64,000 nt of DNA from Candidatus Eiseniibacteriota bacterium. GTDB lineage: Bacteria; Eisenbacteria; RBG-16-71-46. The stretch lies in contig JANLWX010000156.1 of assembly GCA_031364845.1 (NCBI GenBank), positions 1 through 64,000 of the forward strand, given 5' to 3'. A program made the translations under genes and the position numbers. The notes beneath the pieces were generated by a model. The model worked only from the letters and a program-made list of their open reading frames with translations, made no database searches and was not told the origin of the DNA. This document shows, piece by piece, positions 10,379-21,553 of the stretch. Each line of letters starts with the position of its first letter. Positions within the stretch are counted from its first letter, which is position 1.

Positions 10379-11257
10379 ATGAGAGCCTGGGTTCTGCTAC
10401 TGGCCGGTTCGTCTTGCGTCCTGACGCTCGCGTCGGGAGTCCACCCGGCTTCCGCGGCGAATCTCCTCGGCAATGGCGGCTTCGAGACCGCGTCCCTGAC
10501 CCCGTGGGCTGGGGTGGGCGGCCTGGGCCCGAACGCGACGATCACCATTCAGTCCCCCGACAATGGCCCGTCGGCGGCCGGAACCCACACCGCATTCATC
10601 GACAATCGGGCCCAGGCAAACGGGCTCACGATGGCCCAGACCACCGCGCTCGGCAGCGCCACCGCGGGCACGGTCTTCTACTCCTTCGACCTGAAGCTAG
10701 GAACCGCAGCCACGGGCGGCGTGTTCTTCGTGGAGATCTTCGCGCAGAACGCGGGGGGCGCCGTGATCGGTAATGCGGGACTGCTCGGAAACTACAACCC
10801 TGCCAACTGGACCACGTACAGCGGTTCGTTCGTAGCTCCAGCGAACACGGATCACCTGACGATCCAGTTCGAGGCGAACACGGCAGCGATTGTCGGAAGC
10901 CGGTCGTCCATGCAAGTGGACAACGTGGATCTCCACCAGGGGACATCGGTGGATGTGCCCTCGAACCGCGCCCCGGGATCCGCTGGACTGACCCTCGCCA
11001 TCACGCCCAACCCCTTCCGCGAGGGCGGAATGATCGCCCTGTCGAATGACCACGGCGGTCGCATCGAAGTGGATGTGCTCGAGATCACGGGGCGCCGCGT
11101 GCGCCAGTTGTTCCAGGGTGAACGGCAACCGGGCGAGATCGCGATGCGCTGGGATGGCCGCGACGAGTCGGGCCGGCAACTCGAACCCGGCGTCTACTTC
11201 GTGAGCGCGCGTGGCCCCGAAGGATCGGTCACGAGGCGACTCGCGCTGGTCCGGTGA
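10379..11257 (+). CDS. Secreted CBM-like jelly-roll protein with FlgD-Ig C-terminal domain
   Basis: Signal peptide; NLLGNGGFE...VDNVDL; PNPF...WDGRDESG...PGVYFV. Confidence 0.85.
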   Translation: MRAWVLLLAGSSCVLTLASGVHPASAANLLGNGGFETASLTPWAGVGGLGPNATITIQSPDNGPSAAGTHTAFIDNRAQANGLTMAQTTALGSATAGTVFYSFDLKLGTAATGGVFFVEIFAQNAGGAVIGNAGLLGNYNPANWTTYSGSFVAPANTDHLTIQFEANTAAIVGSRSSMQVDNVDLHQGTSVDVPSNRAPGSAGLTLAITPNPFREGGMIALSNDHGGRIEVDVLEITGRRVRQLFQGERQPGEIAMRWDGRDESGRQLEPGVYFVSARGPEGSVTRRLALVR

Positions 11258-11599
11258 TGGCCTGACGCCCTCGGCGGGCGAACGGGCTCATAGGTGAAGC
11301 CCTTCTTAGAAGACGAACGCCAGAGAGACCGCGGCACCGAGCGAGTTCTTGAAGTTGCTGCGCGCGAGCACGCGCCGTGGCTTGCGCTCAGCCAGTTCCA
11401 CAAACTCGTGATCTTGTCCCATCTGGTCTCCAGACGCTCGCGCGACAGACTGCAAGTCAGTCCGCGCCCACCTGGCGTGCTCTCGGGTCCCCGGGTACGG
11501 CATACTCCGGCGACTGCCCGCTCCGAGCTGTTCGTTCACGCAGACTTGCGGGCACGGTACTGGACCCGACCGTGCCCTCCGACCCCAGGAACCTGATCC

Positions 11600-11986
11600 A
11601 TGCACCTGAACACCCCGACTTCGCCGGGCGAGTTCGTCGACAAGCTCACCATTCTCGAGATCAAATCCGAACGCATCGCTGACCCGGCCAAGCTCTCGAA
11701 CGTTTGCCGCGAACTGGACGCCCTGCGCGCCACGTGGGCCGCGTCTTCGGTCGCCGCGCGCGATGTGAGCGCGTTGGTCGCGCGTCTCAAGGCCATCAAC
11801 GAGACCCTGTGGGACATCGAGGATCGCATCCGTCGACATGAAGCCGACCAACTCTTCGACGCCGCGTTCATCGCCCTCGCCCGCGCCGTCTATCGCACCA
11901 ACGACGACCGCGCCGCGATCAAGCGCGAATTGAACGTTGCGCTCGGCTCCGACCTGATCGAGGAGAAGTCCTACACGCCTTATTGA
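11600..11986 (+). CDS. DUF6165 family protein
   Basis: SPGEFVDKLTILEIK...LWDIEDRIR...ND.RA.IKRELN..LGSDLIEEKSY. Confidence 0.9.
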   Translation: MHLNTPTSPGEFVDKLTILEIKSERIADPAKLSNVCRELDALRATWAASSVAARDVSALVARLKAINETLWDIEDRIRRHEADQLFDAAFIALARAVYRTNDDRAAIKRELNVALGSDLIEEKSYTPY

Positions 11987-12038
11987 GAAGTCCCGCTCCC
12001 GAAGCGCTCGCACAATCACATCAGGATTGGAGAGCGGG

Positions 12039-12592
12039 AGCGGGGCGCTCGGGCTCGCGATCCTCGAGCACCTGGCAGCACTCCACATCGGCGTTTCAGC
12101 TGTTCGACGTCGCCATCCTGCTCGCGCAACGAAGCGGATGTGCGCGAGGCCTACCGCACGATCGAGGCCGGGCTCGCGGCCCGCGGATGGCGCGATCGCA
12201 TGGAAGGTGTTCTGGTTCAGCCGATGCTGCGCGATGGAATCGAGGCGATCATCGGCATGACGCAGGATCCGTCATTCGGCCCGGTCATCATGTTCGGTCT
12301 CGGGGGCGTGTACGTGGAGCTGCTCGAGGATGTCGCGTTCCGGGTGCATCCGCTCACCGACCGCGACGCGCGCGAACTCGTGCGCAGTGTGCGCGGCTAT
12401 CCATTGCTCGAAGGCTGGCGGGGCGCGCCCGCCGGCGATGTGGCCGGCGTCGAAGAGGCGCTGTTGCGAGTCTCACAACTCGCGGGCGATCATCCCGAGT
12501 TCATCGAGATGGACTTGAATCCGCTCAACGTGCTCGCACCGGGCATCGGATGTTTCGTGGTCGATGCGCGCGTGGCGATCCGCGCCGGCTGA
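12039..12592 (+). pseudogene. Remnant of NDP-forming acyl-CoA synthetase / acetate-CoA ligase
   Basis: Intact end of the ATP-grasp domain (DPSFGPVIMFGLGG, MDLNP, DARV) preceded by two short out-of-frame fragments of upstream domains. Confidence 0.8.
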
Positions 12593-12663
12593 GCGGGCCG
12601 GCCGATTCCGCGTGACCTCGTGAACCAATGCCGGGCGCCGTGCCGAGAAGACCCGTGCGCGCT

Positions 12664-13131
12664 TCAGTCCCCGTGCTCGACTGTCGCAACGCTGTCGCCC
12701 CGCAATTCCGGATGACGGATCTGCCCACCGAGGTGTGCCGTCCATGCGAGCGCTCCGCACAGGGCGAACATCACGATCAGCAGGATCGTCGCGAACGGCA
12801 CCGGCACGGCGCGGCGGCGATGACGCCACAGTGCGATGAGCGTCACGAGCCCGATCGCTTGGACGGCTACCATCGCCACCTTCGCCATCTGTTCGTGGCT
12901 CTGCACCACGGTCCGCTCAACTCCCGCCGCATGCTCGATCACTTCCTCGGCGGGCTCACCCGACAGATAGACCGGCACTGCCGCGAGGGCGACCAGAACG
13001 ATCGTTCCCAGAGCAAACCGCTGCAGAGCTGCAGTGCGCCAGAACAGGCCCACCGCGAGGGCGATGGTGGCGAACACGGCTCCGATCACCGGCAGGTGAT
13101 TCAGCATGAGATGGATTTGTGGCGCGTTCAT
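12664..13131 (-). CDS. Membrane protein (DUF2231-like, conserved His residues)
   Basis: HLMLNHLP...SGEPAEE...HE...TAHLGGQIRHPELR. Confidence 0.8.
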   Translation of the reverse strand: MNAPQIHLMLNHLPVIGAVFATIALAVGLFWRTAALQRFALGTIVLVALAAVPVYLSGEPAEEVIEHAAGVERTVVQSHEQMAKVAMVAVQAIGLVTLIALWRHRRRAVPVPFATILLIVMFALCGALAWTAHLGGQIRHPELRGDSVATVEHGD

Positions 13132-13589
13132 GGCCGCTTCGTTCCTTCGACGGATGCGCGCGGCTGTTTCACGACCACGACGCTGCAGGGCGCGTGCGTT
13201 ACGACATGGCTCGCGACGCTGCCCATGATGAGCTTCGGAAGGCCGGTGCGTCCGTGCGATCCGACCACGATGAGGTCGGCGTGCTCCTGCTGGGCCATCT
13301 CGGGGATCAGCAATCGCGGGTCTCCCTGAATCACGCGGGAGGTCACGACGAATCCGCTGCTCCTCAAGTCACGCTCCGCTGCCGCCACCGATTCCTCTCG
13401 CGCCTTCAGCTGGTCGGCGAGAACCCGGTCGTACACATCGAGTCCGCCCGGTTCGGCCATGGCGTAGGCATACAACTCGACCGCGGAAAGGATCAGCAGT
13501 TTGGACCCCTGCGGCCACGACATGTTGCGGACCCAATCCAGCGCCGCCTGCGAATACGGCGAGTCGTCGATACCGATGATGATCTTCAT
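13128..13589 (-). CDS. Universal stress protein (UspA family)
   Basis: IIIGIDDS; GDP; ADLIVVGSHGRTG..MGSVA; APCSVVVV. Confidence 0.95.
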   Translation of the reverse strand: MKIIIGIDDSPYSQAALDWVRNMSWPQGSKLLILSAVELYAYAMAEPGGLDVYDRVLADQLKAREESVAAAERDLRSSGFVVTSRVIQGDPRLLIPEMAQQEHADLIVVGSHGRTGLPKLIMGSVASHVVTHAPCSVVVVKQPRASVEGTKRP

Positions 13590-13642
13590 CGTTCCCTCCT
13601 GCGTGGATTTCCCGGTCACCCGTGAGTTCCGACTGAAGAATT

Positions 13643-13658
13643 AGCAGAATGCGTGCCC
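13643..13658 (-). promoter_or_regulatory. Candidate sigma-54 promoter for the USP gene
   Basis: Minus strand GGGCACGCATTCTGCT (GG-N10-GC), about 55 bp upstream of the ATG. Confidence 0.65.
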
Positions 13659-13720
13659 CGCTGGGTCCTTCGGAACACGTGCGCGCAGGTCCCGGGATGG
13701 ATCCGATCGGAGGCCGCGCC

Positions 13721-14446
13721 TCAGCCGCCGGTCGCTACCGCCCGGCGTTCGATCTCGCGTCCCACGTCCGTCAACAGAGACTGGATCGAGGTGCGCAGCG
13801 CGTGCCGCAATACGAAGTCGGGTACCGAGAACCGCGGCTTTGCGGTGACCCGGTAGATCACACGTGTGTCGGTGCCGTGACCCTCGAAGCGCCACAGCCC
13901 CCGATAGTCGCTGAAGTCGTCGCGGGCGATGTCCTTGAAGCGGATGCTGTCGGGCGGCTGTTCGTGGATCTCGAGCACGACGCGCATCTTGCGTCCGAAC
14001 ACGAACACACGCGCCGAGGCGATCTGCTCGACGACCCAGTGGTCGGGCGCGCGCGACAGAACCCGGCTCACCTGCATCGAGGGAACGAAGCGATCGATGC
14101 CTTCATAGTCGGTGAGTACGCTCCAAGCGGTTGCGCGCGTCGCCCGGACTGGACATACACCGTCGACTTGATAGCCCTCGGGTGTCTTCGTGAGTACCAC
14201 GGTGGCGCCGTGCGGCCCGCCGGTCCCGAGGCCGGCCTGGTTCACGCGCGACGACTCCGCTTCGATGACGGAACCCGGCGTCGGCATCGCTGACGGCAGA
14301 TCGGCCGCGAGCGGCGACGGTATCAGCAGCGGAACACTCAGCGCGGCGGCGAGTGCGCACGCAAGCGACCACGACGACCGGTGCGATCGAGGCGGAGTTC
14401 CTCCTGGCGGGAACTCCGCGGTTTGCCGCAGCCGATGCGTATTCAC
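13721..14446 (-). CDS. SRPBCC/polyketide-cyclase family protein, probably exported
   Basis: AWSVLTDYEGIDRFVPSM..SRVL; GLWRF; N-terminal hydrophobic stretch; start uncertain. Confidence 0.85.
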   Translation of the reverse strand: MNTHRLRQTAEFPPGGTPPRSHRSSWSLACALAAALSVPLLIPSPLAADLPSAMPTPGSVIEAESSRVNQAGLGTGGPHGATVVLTKTPEGYQVDGVCPVRATRATAWSVLTDYEGIDRFVPSMQVSRVLSRAPDHWVVEQIASARVFVFGRKMRVVLEIHEQPPDSIRFKDIARDDFSDYRGLWRFEGHGTDTRVIYRVTAKPRFSVPDFVLRHALRTSIQSLLTDVGREIERRAVATGG

Positions 14447-14462
14447 GAATACGGTCCCGATC

Positions 14463-15134
14463 CTAGAGTCCGGTTCCGCTCGACGCTCCGACCACCAGAT
14501 CGAACTCCACCGTGACGTCGTTGCCGGTCTTGAGTGTGCCCATCATCATGACGGGCGGCTTGATCCCGAAGTCCTTCATGGCCACGACGACGCTTCCCTT
14601 CACCCGCAGCGCGTCGCCTTCACGCGTCACCTGTGCGGGAATCTGGATCTTCTTTTCGACGCCGCCCACGGTGATCCGCCCGTGTCCCACGAGCGCCAGC
14701 GCACCGCTGGGCGTGGCCTTCGCTTCGAAGCTCGTGATCGTGCACAGAATCTTCGGATGCTGCTCGGCCTTGAGCGCCTTGTACATGTTCTTGTCGAGGC
14801 CGTCCTTGCCCGATCGCATTCCCTTCACATCCACGGCCACCTGAACGGAGTCGAGCGCTCCCGCGGCGATCGCCTTCTCCACGGCCGTAAGATCCGCCGG
14901 ACCGGCCGGCCACTCGGAGGCCGGGGCGAAGGTCACCTTGAAGAGAGTCGCCTTGCTGTGCCACGCATGCACCGTCGAGGTGCCGCTGATCGACAGCTTG
15001 CTTTCGATCAGCGTCAATCCGGAGGCGTTGCTGCCGAGGCTGATGAGGGCGAGAGCGACGGCACCCGAGAGTGCCACGGCCTGACGCCGCCACCTCGGGA
15101 CGACCCGGCTCTTTTGAATCATGACGGACTGCAT
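14463..15134 (-). CDS. YceI family protein
   Basis: AGGAGG RBS; ISGTSTVHAW, LDKNMYKALKAEQHP, MKDFGIKPP. Confidence 0.92.
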   Translation of the reverse strand: MQSVMIQKSRVVPRWRRQAVALSGAVALALISLGSNASGLTLIESKLSISGTSTVHAWHSKATLFKVTFAPASEWPAGPADLTAVEKAIAAGALDSVQVAVDVKGMRSGKDGLDKNMYKALKAEQHPKILCTITSFEAKATPSGALALVGHGRITVGGVEKKIQIPAQVTREGDALRVKGSVVVAMKDFGIKPPVMMMGTLKTGNDVTVEFDLVVGASSGTGL

Positions 15135-15202
15135 CGTTTCCTCCTGAAAAGGGCGGCGCATGGAGCGCCGCCCTCGGAAATTGCTCCTTGGAAATGCGCG
15201 TG

Positions 15203-16600
15203 TCAGAACGAGACAACTGCCTCGAACACTGCACCATTGAACTTCGCGCCATTGCGTATGTCCGACGGCGGGAAATTCTTGTACTTCTGCTCGACGTACT
15301 CGATCTTGGCCAGCATGTTCGGCGAGATGAACCATCCACCGCCGCCCTGGATGCGATCGACCGTGACTTCGTCGGCGATGCCCGCGAGGTCACCCTTGGC
15401 GGTGTTCCAGCGCCCGGCGAGGTACACGCGATTCTCGAACAGACGGTATACGGCTTCCGCAGCGTAATGATTCCATGTGCGCTCGGAAGTTTCGGTGAGC
15501 GTGCGGCCCTTGGCCTGCTCGATGTTTCCGAACAGCTCGAGATCGTGGAATTTCACGAACGGATTGATCACCATCGCCTGAACCTTGCGGTTGTACCCGG
15601 GACGGACATCGCCCGACCACGCCTGCGCCGACTCGGTGGCGTTGAGGTTCTCGACCACGTAGTAGTAGCGCGATCCCGAACGGCTGCCCGTGTAGAGCGT
15701 GTTGCTGATGGATTTCTCACTGTTGTAGAACGACCCGGTGAGCCGCACCCGCGCGTCCGGGGTGATCTGGCGATCGTAGCCCAGCTTCGCGATCACGCTC
15801 GGCGAGCGCTGCTCGGGCTTGAGCACGTTTCCGCGCACTTCTCCACCGGTGACCGAGACCATGCCGAGGAAGTCGCCGCCCCGGACGTACGCTTCGCCAC
15901 CGATCTCGGTCGTGAAGGCGTCCATGAGCAGATTGCCGACCAGCGGGTTGAACATGGCCTGTCCGTTGTCACTGCGGCGGAAGTGCATATCGCCGTAGTT
16001 GATCTCGAAGTGCCCCATCTTGAGCGTGAGGTACTTGAACAGATTGTCGAGCTTCTCGTTCTCCCACGGCGACCCGTCGATCAGGAGATAGCCGTCTTTC
16101 ACCCAGGTTTCGGTGTGGTGGCGGGACGAGAGGTAACTGGTCATGGCGACCCGGATGCCACGGCCGAGTTGCGCGTCCATGAACAGATTCGCCTCGGCGT
16201 TGTTGAATCCCGAGCCGATCTTGATCAACTGATTCACGTTGACGGGCGTTGGCGTGCCGACGAGGACCGGGTCCGACGTATTCTCGTGGCGCAGGCTCTG
16301 GAACTGCTGCGTGAACGCCGCACCCCACTGAAGCTTGAAACCTTCGTAGGCAATCGACTCGCGCTTCGGCGCCTCGAACTGATTGAGCGAGCGCGCGTCG
16401 TGCGCATTCATATGCGAGATGATGGTCGGTTGCGGCTTCGCGCGCTCAGTGGTCGGAGGTGCGGAAGGGTTGGCGGTCTCGGCGGCCTCGTCGGTGACTT
16501 CGGTTTGCGCGAGAGCGGATGTGGCGATGAAGGCGGCCCCTGCGATTGCTGCGATGATCGTGATTCCGAGCCGCGTCTTTTCGAACCTGCGACCGTTCAT
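15203..16600 (-). CDS. Outer-membrane beta-barrel (porin-like) protein
   Basis: AAGGAG RBS; signal peptide; amphipathic strands; terminal FEAVVSF. Confidence 0.85.
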   Translation of the reverse strand: MNGRRFEKTRLGITIIAAIAGAAFIATSALAQTEVTDEAAETANPSAPPTTERAKPQPTIISHMNAHDARSLNQFEAPKRESIAYEGFKLQWGAAFTQQFQSLRHENTSDPVLVGTPTPVNVNQLIKIGSGFNNAEANLFMDAQLGRGIRVAMTSYLSSRHHTETWVKDGYLLIDGSPWENEKLDNLFKYLTLKMGHFEINYGDMHFRRSDNGQAMFNPLVGNLLMDAFTTEIGGEAYVRGGDFLGMVSVTGGEVRGNVLKPEQRSPSVIAKLGYDRQITPDARVRLTGSFYNSEKSISNTLYTGSRSGSRYYYVVENLNATESAQAWSGDVRPGYNRKVQAMVINPFVKFHDLELFGNIEQAKGRTLTETSERTWNHYAAEAVYRLFENRVYLAGRWNTAKGDLAGIADEVTVDRIQGGGGWFISPNMLAKIEYVEQKYKNFPPSDIRNGAKFNGAVFEAVVSF

Positions 16601-16718
16601 TGTGGTGACTCCTTTGGATGCCCTCACCGTGCTGCTCTCAGGACGTGACGTCCGTTTCTCGAGGAGCTCCGATTCGGCGCCTGACGTCGATCGTGCCCCG
16701 CTCATGACCTCTCCTATC

Positions 16719-16734
16719 CGCACGCATCGTGCCG
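16719..16734 (-). promoter_or_regulatory. Candidate sigma-54 promoter for the porin-YceI-SRPBCC genes
   Basis: Minus strand CGGCACGATGCGTGCG (GG-N10-GC). Confidence 0.6.
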
Positions 16735-16908
16735 CGAGCCGCCCTGCGCATGCGCGGCGATGCAACTCATCTCTCTACAGCAGGTTGGCTGATTCACGTC
16801 TTCAGCCACGTGAGGCCAAATCAGTGGTTCACGGTCCCGGGCCTCGATCCGATATGGCAGTTCGTCTGCCGACTTTGTCATAACGTCCGAGTCCGGCAGG
16901 TGCCGGAT

Positions 16909-17301
16909 TCACCCGTTGGCAAGCCCGCCCTCGGTGAGCACGCTGCGCACCACGTCGCGCAGTTCACCGGGCTCGAGCGGGAGCACGCCATAGTAGGTGG
17001 GCTTGAGATTCTGGACGCTGCGGCGTACCGACAACTCGAAGGGTCCGCTCAATACGATGAGCGGTGTCCTGGGCGAGGCCTCGCGGATCACCGAGAGGAT
17101 CGACAGATCGGAGTCCAGATCTCCGAGCACGTAGATCACGACGTCCGGCCTCGTGGTGGCGAAGGCTTCGAGAAGTTGCAGAGGGCCCGAGCAGACCGAG
17201 ACTTCATAACCCTCGTTCGAAACCATGCGCGCGCACTCATCACAGTTCCGGCGCGACTCGAAGATGAGAACGCGAGGAACGGCGTGCGGAGCGTGATCCA
17301 C
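16909..17301 (-). CDS. Stand-alone atypical receiver-like domain protein
   Basis: CheY-like pattern (RVLIFE, GYEV, PDVVIYV, TPLIVLS) lacking the canonical phospho-Asp and Lys; start uncertain. Confidence 0.65.
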   Translation of the reverse strand: MDHAPHAVPRVLIFESRRNCDECARMVSNEGYEVSVCSGPLQLLEAFATTRPDVVIYVLGDLDSDLSILSVIREASPRTPLIVLSGPFELSVRRSVQNLKPTYYGVLPLEPGELRDVVRSVLTEGGLANG

Positions 17302-17393
17302 CTGCTGATTTCGGCTCAAACCGCGCCCCCACCACTCGTTGAATGTGTGGAACCGATGGGCAATTCTTCGCCCAATACTCCACACTTACCTTC

Positions 17394-17409
17394 GCAGGCT
17401 GCGTGCCAA
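17394..17409 (-). promoter_or_regulatory. Candidate sigma-54 promoter
   Basis: Minus strand TTGGCACGCAGCCTGC, directly downstream of the NtrC-family gene. Confidence 0.7.
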
Positions 17410-17548
17410 TGGGCCGGCGGCACAATCGACCGCACTTTTCGCGGGAATTGGCTGCAGCGAGACCGTCGCGAGGGGCTTACGCGCGAGGCGTCGCCTGACG
17501 GCCGCGGTGCGCTCCATGCCCTAATGTCAGGGCGCGACCGGGGCAGCT

Positions 17549-18912
<1,364 letters not shown>

Positions 18913-18916
<4 letters not shown>

Positions 18917-20082
18917 GATTCCCCTCCGGGTCCCTGCACGGGCAGCTCGACGATGAAACGGGCACCCTGTCCCGGTGTGCTCTCGACCTTGATGCGTCCA
19001 CCGTGGCGATCCACGATGCGGTTCGTGATCGGCAACCCGAGGCCGGTGCCCTGACCGGAGCCCTTGGTGGTGAAGAACGGATTCCAGATCCGATCGATGT
19101 TCTGGGGCGGAATGCCGGGACCGGTATCGCCGACCTCGAGCACGATCTGATCCGCAACCTTTCGCGTGGTGATCTCGAGACGCCCGTTCCCATCCATGGC
19201 CTGCACCGCGTTCAGCATGAGGTTCATGCACACGCCGCGCATTCCGGCTTCACGCGCCCAGATCTGCGGCAGCGCCGGATCGAGATGTTCCACCGCTTCG
19301 ATCCCGCGCCGGCGCATCTCGTAGCGGAGCAACGAGAGTGAGTCCAGCACGGCGGCGTTCAGATCGACCCAGGTCGGAGTGGCCTCGTACGAACGGCCAA
19401 GCAGCCGGAGTTTGTCGGTAGTGATGCGGCAGCGGTCGATTTCGCGGCTCAGCGTGTTGACGGTCTCGGCCGCCTCCTGCACTCCCGCCGCGTCGAACTC
19501 CCGCCGCTCGATCCAGCGCCCCAGCGATTCGACTCCGGCGAGGATCGAAGCCAACGGATTGTTGATCTCGTGCGCCACACCCGCAGCCAGGATGCCGGTC
19601 GCGGCGAGCCGCTCGCTCTGGGCGAGCTGAAGTTCGAGTTGCGTGCGCTCGGTGATTTCGCGCCATACTTCGACTACGTGACTCACGGCCTGCGTGCGAT
19701 CGAGGACCGGGGTGAACGTCGCTTCCCAGCGCCTCAATGTCCCCGACTTGTCCGCGACGGTTCGGATGAAGCGCTGAGGAATTTGCAGTCGGAACACCGC
19801 ACACGCGGGACAGTCGCCGCCGGCCGCATCCACTTCGGGGCAGCGCAAGGTGTCCGTGCACTTGCGGCTGGCGACGTGGCCCGAGCCGGATCCGAATGCT
19901 TCGAGGTAGCGGCGGTTGGCCGCAACCACCACGCGATCGCGGTCGACGACGAGCACCGCATCGGCCAGCGAATCGATGAGCGCCGGAAGCAGGTCCCGGA
20001 TCCGCTCGAAGTCGATCGGGCCACCCGCTCCCGAGATCTGGAGCGGCCTCGGCGTCGTGGGATTGCGAGACGGTTCGACCAT
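18913..20082 (-). CDS. Cytoplasmic PAS sensor histidine kinase
   Basis: PAS with 4 Cys; AHEINNPL; NLMLNAVQAM; DTGPG; PFFTTK; GTGLGL; no TM. Confidence 0.95.
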
Positions 20083-20137
20083 GATGGATAAGGACTAACA
20101 GACTACGATCCCCGACGCGAACGCCGCTTCACCGCGT

Positions 20138-21553
20138 TCAGGGAATCCCGATCCAGCTCAGCACCATCGGCCCCGTGAGCCCGATCAGGAGGCAGCCGAT
20201 CAGCATGAGCGGAAGCCCGACCCGAAGCAGGTCGCGCGCATCGAGCCCGCCCTCGCCGTACGCCATTGCATTGGGAGGCGAGCTGATGGTGAACAGAACG
20301 CCGAACGATGTGCCGAGCGCCACCAGAATCGCGGTCGAGCGGGGCAGTCCGAGTGCGAGCGCCAGCGGAATCAGGATCGCCGCACTCGCGGTGTTGCTCA
20401 TGACCGCACCCATCAATGCCGCCACCAGCACCAGCGTGGTGACCTCCAATGCGACCGGCAGGTCTCCAACGATCGCGGAGCGCGCGATGTTCTCGAACAA
20501 CCCCGAGCGTTCGATCAGCCGGCCGAGCACGATACCGCCGGCGATCAGGAGCAGAACCGGCCAGTCGAGCTTGCCGAGGTCCTCGCGCTGGAGCCAGCCG
20601 CCGGCGAACAACACCGCCGCAACGGCAAGGCCGATCACCGGCGCCGTGACGCCGTGGAACGGCTCGGAGATCCACGCTGCGATCGCGCAAGCGAACAGGA
20701 GCACGAGTCCGCGTCCGCGACCGCTGAGGGGTGTGCGGTCGAGGTCCACCGGTTGGTAGCCACCCTCGACTCGATAGACGCGCGCGATCAGGAAATATCC
20801 GAGCACGAGCATGCCCATGGTGAGCGGCAATGCGAATCCCATCCACTGGATGAAGGTCACCCTCGTCCATGCTTCGAGGCTCGCGATCGCGATCGCGTTG
20901 GGTCCGGTCCCGATCGGCGTCGCCATTCCGCCGAAGTTCGCCCCCATGGCGACCCCGACCAGGAGCGCGCGCCGGAACGGTTCGGTGCGTTCGCCCTGAT
21001 GCAGATGGGGCCTAAGTGCTGCCAGAATCAGCGCTGCCGCTGCGATGTTCGAGATCCACATCGACATCGCTGCCGTCGCAACGATCACCACGGCGAGCAG
21101 CCGGCGGCGGCGGTGGTGCGAAAACGCGAGCGCGCGCCCCGCGACATAGCGGTCGATCCCGTGCCGCGATGCGGCCGCCCCCAATGCGAGCCCGCCGAAG
21201 AACAGTCCCAGCACCGGATCCGCGGCCCACGACAGCACGTGAGCGAGGCGGTAGTCCGCGTGCGCGCTTCCCAGCACGAGGGGGATCGCGGCCACCAGAG
21301 CGAGTGTCGTCGCGTAAGGCGGAACGATTTCGCTCAGGAACAGCACCAGCGTCACGCCGCTGATCATCGCGACCCGCGACAGCGCGGGATCGCCGATCGT
21401 CAGCAACGACGCACCGATGACGAGTGCGATCAAAACGGCCGCGACGCCCCCGCGACCCGCTATCGGCCGGAATCGGGGACGCCGCGACCACTCACCGGAC
21501 GGACTCGAAGTGATCGGCGCGCTGCTTCGCGACGACTCCTCGCCCCCCGTCAT
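20138..21553 (-). CDS. SLC13/DASS family permease
   Basis: SMWISN, GGMATPIGTGPN, MSNTA, SSPPNA motifs. Confidence 0.93.
   Translation of the reverse strand: MTGGEESSRSSAPITSSPSGEWSRRPRFRPIAGRGGVAAVLIALVIGASLLTIGDPALSRVAMISGVTLVLFLSEIVPPYATTLALVAAIPLVLGSAHADYRLAHVLSWAADPVLGLFFGGLALGAAASRHGIDRYVAGRALAFSHHRRRRLLAVVIVATAAMSMWISNIAAAALILAALRPHLHQGERTEPFRRALLVGVAMGANFGGMATPIGTGPNAIAIASLEAWTRVTFIQWMGFALPLTMGMLVLGYFLIARVYRVEGGYQPVDLDRTPLSGRGRGLVLLFACAIAAWISEPFHGVTAPVIGLAVAAVLFAGGWLQREDLGKLDWPVLLLIAGGIVLGRLIERSGLFENIARSAIVGDLPVALEVTTLVLVAALMGAVMSNTASAAILIPLALALGLPRSTAILVALGTSFGVLFTISSPPNAMAYGEGGLDARDLLRVGLPLMLIGCLLIGLTGPMVLSWIGIP

Noticed and set aside
11260..11600. Minus-strand frame ending NFKNSLGAAVSLAFVF, resembling a beta-barrel C-terminus
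   Set aside because: Too short to assign; possibly another gene remnant but unsupported without a search.
3777..12600. tRNA-anchored genomic island or prophage
   Set aside because: No integrase or phage genes, and I found no duplicated tRNA 3' end (att site).
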